This document shows positions 1 to 15,620 of a DNA stretch of 64,000 nt, piece by piece. Position 1 is the first letter of the stretch, and every line of letters starts with the position of its first letter. The stretch covers positions 14,880,001 to 14,944,000 of the forward strand of contig OZ024744.1 in the NCBI GenBank assembly GCA_964016885.1, read 5' to 3'. The notes below the pieces were generated by a model. It saw only the letters and a program-made list of their open reading frames with translations, made no database searches and had not been told where the DNA came from. The position numbers and the translations under genes are program-made. The stretch comes from Eledone cirrhosa (lineage: Eukaryota).

Positions 1-599
1 ACTTCAGCAATATGTAATGTATATTACTCCAGCAATATGTAATGTAGATTACTCCAGAAAATATGTAATGTATATTACTCCAGCAATATGTAATGTAGAT
101 AACTCCAGCAATATGTAATGTAGATTACTCTAGCAATATGTAATGTAGATTACTCCAGCATTATGTAATGTATGTTACTTCAGCAATATGTAATGTATAT
201 TACTTCAGCAATATGTAATGTATATTACTCCAGCAATATGTAATGTAGATTACATCAGCAATATGTAATGTATATTACTCCAGCAATATGTAATGTAGAT
301 TACATCAGCAATATGTAATGTAGATTACTTCAGCAATATGTAATGTATATTACTCCAGCAATATGTAATGTAGATTACTCCAGCAATATGTAATGTAGAT
401 TACTCCAACAATATGTAATGTATATTACTCCAGCAATATGTAATGTAGATTACTTCAGCAATATGTAATGTATATTACTCCAGAAATATGTAATGTATAT
501 TACTCCAGCAATATGTAATGTAGATTACTTCAGCAATACGTAATGTAGATTAGTCCAGCAATATGTAATGTATATTACTCAAGCAATATTTAATATAGA

Positions 600-3500
600 T
601 TACTCCAGCAATATGTAATTTAGATTACTTCATCAATATGTAATGTAGATTACTCCAGCTATATGTAATGTAGATTACTCCAGCAATATGTAATGTAGAT
701 TACTCCAGCAATATGTAATGTATATTACTCCAGCGATATGTAATGTAGATTACTCCAGCAATATGTAATGTATATTACTCCAACAATATGTAATGTATAT
801 TACTCCAGCAATATGTAATGTAGATTACTCCAGCAATATGCAATGTATATTACTTCAGCAATATGTAATGTAGATTACTCCAGCAATATGTAATGTATAT
901 TACTCCAGCACTATGTAATGTAGATTACTCCAGCAATATGTAATGTAGATTACTCCAACAATATGTAATGTATATTACTCCAGCAATATTTAATATATAT
1001 TACTTCAGCAATATGTAATGTAGAATACATCAGCAATATATAATGTAGATTACTCCAGCAATATGTAATGTAGATTACTCCAGCAATATGTAATGTAGAT
1101 TACTCCAGCAATATGTAATGTATATTACTCCAGCAATATGTAATGTAGATTACTCCAGCAATATGTAATGTATATTACTCCAGCAATATGTAATGTATAT
1201 TACTCCAGCAATATGTAATGTATATTACTCCAGCAATATGTAATGTAGATTACTCCAGCAATATGTAATGTATATTCAGCAATATGTAATGTATATTACT
1301 CCAGCAATATGTAATATAGATTACTTCAGCAATATGTAATGTATATTACTTCAGCAATATGTAATGTATATTACTCCAGCAATATGTAATGTATATTACT
1401 CCAGCGATATGTAATGTAGATTACTCCAGCAATATGTAATGTATATTACTCCAGCAATATGTAATGTATATTACTCCAGCAATATGTAATGTAGATTACT
1501 CCAGCAATATGCAATGTATATTACTTCAGCAATATGTAATGTAGATTACTCCAGCAATATGTAATGTATATTACTCCAGCACTATGTAATGTAGATTACT
1601 CCAGCAATATGTAATGTAGATTACTCCAACAATATGTAATGTATATTACTCCAGCAATATGTAATGTATATTACTAGAGCAATATGTAATGTAGATTACT
1701 CCAGCAATATGTAATGTATATTACTCCAGCAATATGTAATGTAGATTACTTCAGCAATATGTAATGTATATTACTCCAGCAATATGTAATGTAGATTACT
1801 CCAGAAAATATGTAATGTATATTACTCCAGCAATATGTAATGTAGATAACTCCAGCAATATGTAATGTAGATTACTCTAGCAATATGTAATGTAGATTAC
1901 TCCAGCATTATGTAATGTATGTTACTTCAGCAATATGTAATGTATATTACTTCAGCAATATGTAATGTATATTACTCCAGTAATATGTAATGAAGATTAC
2001 CTCAGCAATATGTAATGTATATTACTCCAGCAATATGTAATGTAGATTACATCAGCAATATGTAATGTAGATTACTTCAGCAATATGTAATGTATATTAC
2101 TCCAGCAATATGTAATGTAGATTACTCCAGCAATATGTAATGTAGATTACTTCAGCAATACGTAATGTATATGACTTCAGCAATATGTAATGTAGATTAC
2201 TCCAGCAATATGTAATGTAGATTACTTCAGCAATACGTAATGTATATTACTCCAGAAATATGTAATGTATATTACTCAAGCAATATGTAATGTAGATTAC
2301 TTCAGCAATACGTAATGTATATTAGTCCAGAAATATGTAATGTATATTACTCAAGCAATATGTAATGTAGATTACTCCAGCAATATGTAATTTAGATTAC
2401 TTCAGACAATATGTAATGTAGATTACTCCAGCAATATGTAACGTAGATTACTCCAGCAATATGTAATGTAGATTACTCCAGCAATATGTAATGTAGATTA
2501 CTCCAGCAATATGTAATGTAGATTACTCCAGCAATATGTAATGTAGATTACTTCAGCAATACGTAATGTATATTACTCCAGAAATATGTAATGTATATTA
2601 CTCAAGCAATATTTAATGTAGATTACTTCAGCAATACGTAATGTATATTAGTCCAGAAATATGTAATGTATATTACTCAAGCAATATGTAATGTAGATTA
2701 CTCCAGCAATATGTAATTTAGATTACTTCAGCAATATGTAATGTAGATTACTCCAGCTATATGTAATGTAGATTACTCCAGCAATATGTAATGTAGATTA
2801 CTCCAGCAATATGTAATGTATATTACTCCAGCGATATGTAATGTAGATTACTCCAGCAATATGTAATGTATATTACTCCAGCAATATGTAATGTATATTA
2901 CTCCAGCAATATGTAATGTAGATTACTCCAGCAATATGCAATGTATATTACTTCAGCAATATGTAATGTAGATTACTCCAGCAATATGTAATGTATATTA
3001 CTCCAGCACTATGTAATGTAGATTACTCCAGCAATATGTAATGTAGATTACTCCAACAATATGTAATGTATATTACTCCAGCAATATTTAATATATATTA
3101 CTTCAGCAATATGTAATGTAGAATACATCAGCAATATATAATGTAGATTACTCCAGCAATATGTAATGTAGATTACTCCAGCAATATGTAATGTAGATTA
3201 CTCCAGCAATATGTAATGTATATTACTCCAGCAATATGTAATGTAGATTACTCCAGCAATATGTAATGTATATTACTCCAGCAATATGTAATGTATATTA
3301 CTCCAGCAATATGTAATGTATATTACTCCAGCAATATGTAATGTAGATTACTCCAGCAATATGTAATGTATATTCAGCAATATGTAATGTATATTACTCC
3401 AGCAATATGTAATATAGATTACTTCAGCAATATGTAATGTATATTACTTCAGCAATATGTAATGTATATTACTCCAGCAATATGTAATGTATATTACTCC

Positions 3501-6500
3501 AGCGATATGTAATGTAGATTACTCCAGCAATATGTAATGTATATTACTCCAGCAATATGTAATGTATATTACTCCAGCAATATGTAATGTAGATTACTCC
3601 AGCAATATGCAATGTATATTACTTCAGCAATATGTAATGTAGATTACTCCAGCAATATGTAATGTATATTACTCCAGCACTATGTAATGTAGATTACTCC
3701 AGCAATATGTAATGTAGATTACTCCAACAATATGTAATGTATATTACTCCAGCAATATGTAATGTATATTACTAGAGCAATATGTAATGTAGATTACTCC
3801 AGCAATATGTAATGTATATTACTCCAGCAATATGTAATGTAGATTACTTCAGCAATATGTAATGTATATTACTCCAGCAATATGTAATGTAGATTACTCC
3901 AGAAAATATGTAATGTATATTACTCCAGCAATATGTAATGTATATTACTTCAGCAATATGTAATGTAGATTACTTCAGCAATATGTAATGTAGATTACTC
4001 CAGCAATATGTAATGTAGATTACTTCAGCAATATGTAATGTATATTACTCCAGCAATATGTAATGTAGATAACTCCAGCAATATGTAATGTAGATTACTC
4101 TAGCAATATGTAATGTAGATTACTCCAGCATTATTTAATGTATGTTACTTCAGCAATATGTAATGTATATTACTTCAGCAATATGTAATGTATATTACTC
4201 CAGTAATATGTAATGAAGATTACCTCAGCAATATGTAATGTATATTACTCCAGCAATATGTAATGTAGATTACATCAGCAATATGTAATGTAGATTACTT
4301 CAGCAATATGTAATGTATATTACTCCAGCAATATGTAATGTAGATTACTCCAGCAATATGTAATGTAGATTACTTCAGCAATACGTAATGTATATGACTT
4401 CAGCAATATGTAATGTAGATTACTCCAGCAATATGTAATGTAGATTACTTCAGCAATACGTAATGTATATTACTCCAGAAATATGTAATGTATATTACTC
4501 AAGCAATATGTAATGTAGATTACTTCAGCAATACGTAATGTATATTAGTCCAGAAATATGTAATGTATATTACTCAAGCAATATGTAATGTAGATTACTC
4601 CAGCAATATGTAATGTAGATTACTTCAGCAATACGTAATGTATATGACTTCAGCAATATGTAATGTAGATTACTCCAGCAATATGTAATGTAGATTACTT
4701 CAGCAATACGTAATGTATATTACTCCAGAAATATGTAATGTATATTACTCAAGCAATATGTAATGTAGATTACTTCAGCAATACGTAATGTATATTAGTC
4801 CAGAAATATGTAATGTATATTACTCAAGCAATATGTAATGTAGATTACTCCAGCAATATGTAATTTAGATTACTTCAGACAATATGTAATGTAGATTACT
4901 CCAGCAATATGTAACGTAGATTACTCCAGCAATATGTAATGTAGATTACTCCAGCAATATGTAATGAGGATTACTCCAGCAATATGTAATGTAGATTACT
5001 CCAGCAATATGTAATGTAGATTACTTCAGCAATACGTAATGTATATTACTCCAGAAATATGTAATGTATATTACTCAAGCAATATGTAATGTAGATTACT
5101 TCAGCAATACGTAATGTATATTAGTCCAGAAATATGTAATGTATATTACTCAAGCAATATGTAATGTAGATTACTCCAGCAATATGTAATTTAGATTACT
5201 TCAGCAATATGTAATGTAGATTACTCCAGCTATATGTAATGTAGATTACTCCAGCAATATGTAATGTAGATTACTCCAGCAATATGTAATGTATATTACT
5301 CCAGCGATATGTAATGTAGATTACTCCAGCAATATGTAATGTATATTACTCCAGCAATATGTAATGTATATTACTCCAGCAATATGTAATGTAGATTACT
5401 CCAGCAATATGCAATGTATATTACTTCAGCAATATGTAATGTAGATTACTCCAGCACTATGTAATGTAGATTACTCCAGCAATATGTAATGTAGATTACT
5501 CCAACAATATGTAATGTATATTACTCCAGCAATATTTAATATATATTACTTCAGCAATATGTAATGTAGATTACATCAGCAATATATAATGTAGATTACT
5601 CCAGCAATATGTAATGTAGATTACTCCAGCAATATGTAATGTAGATTACTCCAGCAATATGTAATGTATATTACTCCAGCAATATGTAATGTAGATTACT
5701 CCAGCAATATGTAATGTATATTACTCCAGCAATATGTAATGTATATTACTCCAGCAATATGTAATGTATATTACTCCAGCAATATGTAATGTAGATTACT
5801 CCAGCAATATGTAATGTATATTCAGCAATATGTAATGTATATTACTCCAGCAATATGTAATATAGATTACTTCAGCAATATGTAATGTATATTACTTCAG
5901 CAATATGTAATGTATATTACTCCAGCAATATGTAATGTATATTACTCCAGCGATATGTAATGTAGATTACTCCAGCAATATGTAATGTATATTACTCCAG
6001 CAATATGTAATGTATATTACTCCAGCAATATGTAATGTAGATTACTCCAGCAATATGCAATGTATATTACTTCAGCAATATGTAATGTAGATTACTCCAG
6101 CAATATGTAATGTATATTACTCCAGCACTATGTAATGTAGATTACTCCAGCAATATGTAATGTAGATTACTCCAACAATATGTAATGTATATTACTCCAG
6201 CAATATGTAATGTATATTACTAGAGCAATATGTAATGTAGATTACTCCAGCAATATGTAATGTATATTACTCCAGCAATATGTAATGTAGATTACTTCAG
6301 CAATATGTAATGTATATTACTCCAGCAATATGTAATGTAGATTACTCCAGAAAATATGTAATGTATATTACTCCAGCAATATGTAATGTATATTACTTCA
6401 GCAATATGTAATGTAGATTACTTCAGCAATATGTAATGTAGATTACTCCAGCAATATGTAATGTAGATTACTTCAGCAATATGTAATGTATATTACTCCA

Positions 6501-8000
6501 GCAATATGTAATGTAGATAACTCCAGCAATATGTAATGTAGATTACTCGAGCATTATGTAATGTAGATTACTCCAGCATTATTTAATGTATGTTACTTCA
6601 GCAATATGTAATGTATATTACTTCAGTAATATGTAATGTATATTACTCCAGTAATATGTAATGAAGATTACCTCAGCAATATGTAATGTATATTACTCCA
6701 GCAATATGTAATGTAGATTACATCAGCAATATGTAATGTAGATTACTTCAGCAATATGTAATGTATATTACTCCAGCAATATGTAATGTAGATTACTCCA
6801 GCAATATGTAATGTAGATTACTTCAGCAATACGTAATGTATATGACTTCAGCAATATGTAATGTAGATTACTCCAGCAATATGTAATGTAGATTACTTCA
6901 GCAATACGTAATGTATATTACTCCAGAAATATGTAATGTATATTACTCAAGCAATATGTAATGTAGATTACTTCAGCAATACGTAATGTATATTAGTCCA
7001 GAAATATGTAATGTATATTACTCAAGCAATATGTAATGTAGATTACTCCAGCAATATGTAATTTAGATTACTTCAGACAATATGTAATGTAGATTACTCC
7101 AGCAATATGTAACGTAGATTACTCCAGCAATATGTAATGTAGATTACTCCAGCAATATGTAATGTAGATTACTCCAGCAATATGTAATGTAGATTACTCC
7201 AGCTATATGTAATGTAGATTACTCCAGCAATATGTAATGTAGATTACTCCAGCAATATGTAATGTATATTACTCCAGCGATATGTAATGTAGATTACTCC
7301 AGCAATATGTAATGTATATTACTCCAGCAATATGTAATGTATATTACTCCAGCAATATGTAATGTAGATTACTCCAGCAATATGCAATGTATATTACTTC
7401 AGCAATATGTAATGTAGATTACTCCAGCAATATGTAATGTATATTACTCCAGCACTATGTAATGTAGATTACTCCAGCAATATGTAATGTAGATTACTCC
7501 AACAATATGTAATGTATATTACTCCAGCAATATTTAATATATATTACTTCAGCAATATGTAATGTAGAATACATCAGCAATATATAATGTAGATTACTCC
7601 AGCAATATGTAATGTAGATTACTCCAGCAATATGTAATGTAGATTACTCCAGCAATATGTAATGTATATTACTCCAGCAATATGTAATGTAGATTACTCC
7701 AGCAATATGTAATGTATATTACTCCAGCAATATGTAATGTATATTACTCCAGCAATATGTAATGTATATTACTCCAGCAATATGTAATGTAGATTACTCC
7801 AGCAATATGTAATGTATATTCAGCAATATGTAATGTATATTACTCCAGCAATATGTAATATAGATTACTTCAGCAATATGTAATGTATATTACTTCAGCA
7901 ATATGTAATGTATATTACTCCAGCAATATGTAATGTATATTACTCCAGCAATATGTAATGTTGATTACTTCAGCAATATGTAATGTAGATTACTTCTGCA
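600..8000. repeat. Imperfect higher-order repeat of about 2.0-2.45 kb (about 80-98 monomers)
   Basis: The 4-bp-deletion monomer (tatattcagc) occurs at 1271, 3369, 5817 and 7815 (spacings 2098, 2448, 1998). The taattt variant at 616 and 2714 also gives 2098. The gctat, gcgat, tatgcaat, gcact, ccaac and aatatttaatatat variants appear in the same order in each unit. Confidence 0.85.
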
Positions 8001-11000
8001 ATATAAAATGTAGATTACTCCAGCAATATGTAATGTAGATTACTCCAGCAATATGTAATGTAGATTACTCCAGCAATATGTAATGTAGATTACTCCAGCA
8101 ATATGTAATGTAGATTACTCCAGCAATATGTAATGTAGATTACTCCAGCAATATGTAATGTATATTACTCCAGCAATATGTAATGTAGATTACTCCAGCA
8201 ATATGTAATGTATATTACTCCAGCAATATATAATGTAGATTACTCCAGAAAATATGTAATGTATATTACTTCAGCAATATGTAATGTATATTACTCCAGC
8301 AATATGTAATGTAGATTACTCCAGCAATATGTAATGAATATTACTCCAGCAATATGTAATGTAGATTACTCCAGCAATATATAATGTATATTACTCCAGC
8401 AATATGTAATGAATATTACTCCAGCAATATGTAATGAATATTAGTCCAGCAATATGTAATGTACATTACTTCAGCAATATGTAATGTAGATTACTCCAGC
8501 AATATGTAATATAGATTCCTCCAGAAATATGTAATGTATATTACTCCAGCAATATGTAATGAAGCTTACTCCAGCAATATGTAATGTATATTACTAGAGC
8601 AATATGTAATGTAGATTACTCCAGCAATATGTAATGTATATTACTCCAGCAATATGTAATGTAGATTACTTCAGCAATATGTAATGTATATTACTCCAGC
8701 AATATGTAATGTAGATTACTCCAGAAAATATGTAATGTATATTACTCCAGCAATATGTAATGTAGATAACTCCAGCAATATGTAATGTAGATTACTCCAG
8801 CAATATGTAATGTATATTACTAGAGCAATATGTAATGTAGATTACTCCAGCAATATGTAATGTATATTACTCCAGCAATATGTAATGTAGATTACTTCAG
8901 CAATATGTAATGTATATTACTCCAGCAATATGTAATGTAGATTACTCCAGAAAATATGTAATGTATATTACTCCAGCAATATGTAATGTAGATAACTCCA
9001 GCAATATGTAATGTAGATTACTCTAGCAATATGTAATGTAGATTACTCCAGCATTATGTAATGTATGTTACTTCAGCAATATGTAATGTATATTACTTCA
9101 GCAATATGTAATGTATATTACTCCAGTAATATGTAATGAAGATTACCTCAGCAATATGTAATGTATATTACTCCAGCAATATGTAATGTAGATTACATCA
9201 GCAATATGTAATGTAGATTACTTCAGCAATATGTAATGTATATTACTCCAGCAATATGTAATGTAGATTACTCCAGCAATATGTAATGTAGATTACTTCA
9301 GCAATACGTAATGTATATGACTTCAGCAATATGTAATGTAGATTACTCCAGCAATATGTAATGTAGATTACTTCAGCAATACGTAATGTATATTACTCCA
9401 GAAATATGTAATGTATATTACTCAAGCAATATGTAATGTAGATTACTTCAGCAATACGTAATGTATATTAGTCCAGAAATATGTAATGTATATTACTCAA
9501 GCAATATGTAATGTAGATTACTCCAGCAATATGTAATTTAGATTACTTCAGACAATATGTAATGTAGATTACTCCAGCAATATGTAACGTAGATTACTCC
9601 AGCAATATGTAATGTAGATTACTCCAGCAATATGTAATGTAGATTACTCCAGCAATATGTAATGTAGATTACTCCAGCTATATGTAATGTAGATTACTCC
9701 AGCAATATGTAATGTAGATTACTCCAGCAATATGTAATGTATATTACTCCAGCAATATTTAATATATATTACTTCAGCAATATGTACTGTAGAATACGTC
9801 AGCAAAATATAATGTAGATTACTCCAGCAATATGTAATGTAGATTACTCCAGCAATATGTAATGTAGATTACTCCAGCAATATGTAATGTATATTACTCC
9901 AGCAATATGTAATGTAGATTACTCCAGCAAAATGTAATGTATATTACTCCAGCAATATGTAATGTATATTACTCCAGCAATATGTAATGTATATTACTCC
10001 AGCAATATGTAATGTAGATTACTCCAGCAATATGTAATGTATATTCAGCAATATGTAATGTATATTACTCCAGCAATATGTAATATAGATTACTTCAGCA
10101 ATATGTAATGTATATTGCTCCAGCAATATGTAATGTAGATTACATCAGCAATATGTAATGTAGATTACTTCAGCAATATGTAATGTATATTACTCCAGCA
10201 ATATGTAATGTAGATTACTCCAGCAATATGTAATGTAGATTACTTCAGCAATACGTAATGTATATGACTTCAGCAATATGTAATGTAGATTACTCCAGCA
10301 ATATGTAATGTAGATTACTTCAGCAATACGTAATGTATATTACTCCAGAAATATGTAATGTATATTACTCAAGCAATATGTAATGTAGATTACTTCAGCA
10401 ATACGTAATGTATATTACTCCAGAAATATGTAATGTATATTACTCAAGCAATATGTAATGTAGATTACTCCAGCAATATGTAATTTAGATTACTTCAGCA
10501 ATATGTAATGTAGATTACTCCAGCTATATGTAATGTAGATTACTCCAGCAATATGTAATGTAGATTACTCCAGCAATATGTAATGTATATTACTCCAGCG
10601 ATATGTAATGTAGATTACTCCAGCAATATGTAATGTATATTACTCCAGCAATATGTAATGTATATTACTCCAGCAATATGTAATGTAGATTACTCCAGCA
10701 ATATGCAATGTATATTACTTCAGCAATATGTAATGTAGATTACTCCAGCAATATGTAATGTATATTACTCCAGCACTATGTAATGTAGATTACTCCAGCA
10801 ATATGTAATGTAGATTACTCCAACAATATGTAATGTATATTACTCCAGCAATATTTAATATATATTACTTCAGCAATATGTAATGTAGAATACATCAGCA
10901 ATATATAATGTAGATTACTCCAGCAATATGTAATGTAGATTACTCCAGCAATATGTAATGTAGATTACTCCAGCAATATGTAATGTATATTACTCCAGCA

Positions 11001-14000
11001 ATATGTAATGTAGATTACTCCAGCAATATGTAATGTATATTACTCCAGCAATATGTAATGTATATTACTCCAGCAATATGTAATGTATATTACTCCAGCA
11101 ATATGTAATGTAGATTACTCCAGCAATATGTAATGTATATTCAGCAATATGTAATGTATATTACTCCAGCAATATGTAATATAGATTACTTCAGCAATAT
11201 GTAATGTATATTACTTCAGCAATATGTAATGTATATTACTCCAGCAATATGTAATGTATATTACTCCAGCGATATGTAATGTAGATTACTCCAGCAATAT
11301 GTAATGTATATTACTCCAGCAATATGTAATGTATATTACTCCAGCAATATGTAATGTAGATTACTCCAGCAATATGCAATGTATATTACTTCAGCAATAT
11401 GTAATGTAGATTACTCCAGCAATATGTAATGTATATTACTCCAGCACTATGTAATGTAGATTACTCCAGCAATATGTAATGTAGATTACTCCAACAATAT
11501 GTAATGTATATTACTCCAGCAATATGTAATGTATATTACTAGAGCAATATGTAATGTAGATTACTCCAGCAATATGTAATGTATATTACTCCAGCAATAT
11601 GTAATGTAGATTACTTCAGCAATATGTAATGTATATTACTCCAGCAATATGTAATGTAGATTACTCCAGAAAATATGTAATGTATATTACTCCAGCAATA
11701 TGTAATGTATATTACTTCAGCAATATGTAATGTAGATTACTTCAGCAATATGTAATGTAGATTACTCCAGCAATATGTAATGTAGATTACTTCAGCAATA
11801 TGTAATGTATATTACTCCAGCAATATGTAATGTAGATAACTCCAGCAATATGTAATGTAGATTACTCTAGCAATATGTAATGTAGATTACTCCAGCATTA
11901 TTTAATGTATGTTACTTCAGCAATATGTAATGTATATTACTTCAGCAATATGTAATGTATATTACTCCAGTAATATGTAATGAAGATTACCTCAGCAATA
12001 TGTAATGTATATTACTCCAGCAATATGTAATGTAGATTACATCAGCAATATGTAATGTAGATTACTTCAGCAATATGTAATGTATATTACTCCAGCAATA
12101 TGTAATGTAGATTACTCCAGCAATATGTAATGTAGATTACTTCAGCAATACGTAATGTATATGACTTCAGCAATATGTAATGTAGATTACTTCAGCAATA
12201 CGTAATGTATATTACTCCAGAAATATGTAATGTATATTACTCAAGCAATATGTAATGTAGATTACTTCAGCAATACGTAATGTATATTAGTCCAGAAATA
12301 TGTAATGTATATTACTCAAGCAATATGTAATGTAGATTACTCCAGCAATATGTAATTTAGATTACTTCAGACAATATGTAATGTAGATTACTCCAGCAAT
12401 ATGTAACGTAGATTACTCCAGCAATATGTAATGTAGATTACTCCAGCAATATGTAATGTAGATTACTCCAGCAATATGTAATGTAGATTACTCCAGCTAT
12501 ATGTAATGTAGATTACTCCAGCAATATGTAATGTAGATTACTCCAGCAATATGTAATGTATATTACTCCAGCGATATGTAATGTAGATTACTCCAGCAAT
12601 ATGTAATGTATATTACTCCAGCAATATGTAATGTATATTACTCCAGCAATATGTAATGTAGATTACTCCAGCAATATGCAATGTATATTACTTCAGCAAT
12701 ATGTAATGTAGATTACTCCAGCAATATGTAATGTATATTACTCCAGCACTATGTAATGTAGATTACTCCAGCAATATGTAATGTAGATTACTCCAACAAT
12801 ATGTAATGTATATTACTCCAGCAATATTTAATACATATTACTTCAGCAATATGTAATGTAGAATACATCAGCAATATATAATGTAGATTACTCCAGCAAT
12901 ATGTAATGTAGATTACTCCAGCAATATGTAATGTAGATTACTCCAGCAATATGTAATGTATATTACTCCAGCAATATGTAATGTAGATTACTCCAGCAAT
13001 ATGTAATGTATATTACTCCAGCAATATGTAATGTATATTACTCCAGCAATATGTAATGTATATTACTCCAGCAATATGTAATGTAGATTACTCCAGCAAT
13101 ATGTAATGTATATTCAGCAATATGTAATGTATATTACTCCAGCAATATGTAATATAGATTACTTCAGCAATATGTAATGTATATTACTTCAGCAATATGT
13201 AATGTATATTACTCCAGCAATATGTAATGTATATTACTCCAGCAATATGTAATATTGATTACTTCAGCAATATGTAATGTAGATTACTTCTGCAATATAA
13301 AATGTAGATTACTCCAGCAATATGTAATGTAGATTACTCCAGCAATATGTAATGTAGATTACTCCAGCAATATGTAATGTAGATTACTCCAGCAATATGT
13401 AATGTAGATTACTCCAGCAATATGTAATGTAGATTACTCCAGCAATATGTAATGTATATTACTCCAGCAATATGTAATGTAGATTACTCCAGCAATATGT
13501 AATGTATATTACTCCAGCAATATATAATGTAGATTACTCCAGAAAATATGTAATGTATATTACTTCAGCAATATGTAATGTATATTACTCCAGCAATATG
13601 TAATGTAGATTACTCCAGCAATATGTAATGAATATTACTCCAGCAATATGTAATGTAGATTACTCCAGCAATATATAATGTATATTACTCCAGCAATATG
13701 TAATGAATATTACTCCAGCAATATGTAATGAATATTAGTCCAGCAATATGTAATGTAGATTACTTCAGCAATATGTAATGTAGATTACTCCAGCAATATG
13801 TAATATAGATTCCTCCAGAAATATGTAATGTATATTACTCCAGCAATATGTAATGAAGCTTACTCCAGCAATATGTAATGTATATTACTAGAGCAATATG
13901 TAATGTAGATTACTCCAGCAATATGTAATGTATATTACTCCAGCAATATGTAATGTAGATTACTTCAGCAATATGTAATGTATATTACTCCAACAATATG

Positions 14001-15620
14001 TAATGTAGATTACTCCAGAAAATATGTAATGTATATTACTCCAGCAATATGTAATGTAGATAACTCCAGCAATATGTAATGTAGATTACTCCAGCAATAT
14101 GTAATGTATATTACTAGAGCAATATGTAATGTAGATTACTCCAGCAATATGTAATGTATATTACTCCAGCAATATGTAATGTAGATTACTTCAGCAATAT
14201 GTAATGTATATTACTCCAGCAATATGTAATGTAGATTACTCCAGAAAATATGTAATGTATATTACTCCAGCAATATGTAATGTAGATAACTCCAGCAATA
14301 TGTAATGTAGATTACTCTAGCAATATGTAATGTAGATTACTCCAGCATTATGTAATGTATGTTACTTCAGCAATATGTAATGTATATTACTTCAGCAATA
14401 TGTAATGTATATTACTCCAGTAATATGTAATGAAGATTACCTCAGCAATATGTAATGTATATTACTCCAGCAATATGTAATGTAGATTACATCAGCAATA
14501 TGTAATGTAGATTACTTCAGCAATATGTAATGTATATTACTCCAGCAATATGTAATGTAGATTACTCCAGCAATATGTAATGTAGATTACTTCAGCAATA
14601 CGTAATGTATATGACTTCAGCAATATGTAATGTAGATTACTCCAGCAATATGTAATGTAGATTACTTCAGCAATACGTAATGTATATTACTCCAGAAATA
14701 TGTAATGTATATTACTCAAGCAATATGTAATGTAGATTACTTCAGCAATACGTAATGTATATTAGTCCAGAAATATGTAACGTATATTACTCAAGCAATA
14801 TGTAATGTAGATTACTCCAGCAATATGTAATTTAGATTACTTCAGACAATATGTAATGTAGATTACTCCAGCAATATGTAACGTAGATTACTCCAGCAAT
14901 ATGTAATGTAGATTACTCCAGCAATATGTAATGTAGATTACTCCAGCAATATGTAATGTAGATTACTCCAGCAATATGTAATGTAGATTACTCCAGCAAT
15001 ATGTAATGTATATTACTCCAGCAATATTTAATATATATTACTTCAGCAATATGTACTGTAGAATACGTCAGCAAAATATAATGTAGATTACTCCAGCAAT
15101 ATGTAATGTAGATTACTCCAGCAATATGTAATGTAGATTACTCCAGCAATATGTAATGTATATTACTCCAGCAATATGTAATGTAGATTACTCCAGCAAT
15201 ATGTAATGTATATTACTCCAGCAATATGTAATGTATATTACTCCAGCAATATGTAATGTATATTACTCCAGCAATATGTAATGTAGATTACTCCAGCAAT
15301 ATGTAATGTATATTCAGCAATATGTAATGTATATTACTCCAGCAATATGTAATATAGATTACTTCAGCAATATGTAATGTATATTACTCCAGCAATATGT
15401 AATGTAGATTACATCAGCAATATGTAATGTAGATTACTTCAGCAATATGTAATGTATATTACTCCAGCAATATGTAATGTAGATTACTCCAGCAATATGT
15501 AATGTAGATTACTTCAGCAATACGTAATGTATATGACTTCAGCAATATGTAATGTAGATTACTCCAGCAATATGTAATGTAGATTACTTCAGCAATACGT
15601 AATGTATATTACTCCAGAAA
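5100..15620. repeat. About 5.3-kb segmental duplication (about 5.1-10.4 kb vs about 10.4-15.6 kb)
   Basis: Offset 5294 for ttcagac at 7072/12366 and 9547/14841, AAGCTT at 8562/13856, and the deletion monomer at 7815/13109. The offset drifts by multiples of 25 towards the edges. Confidence 0.85.
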
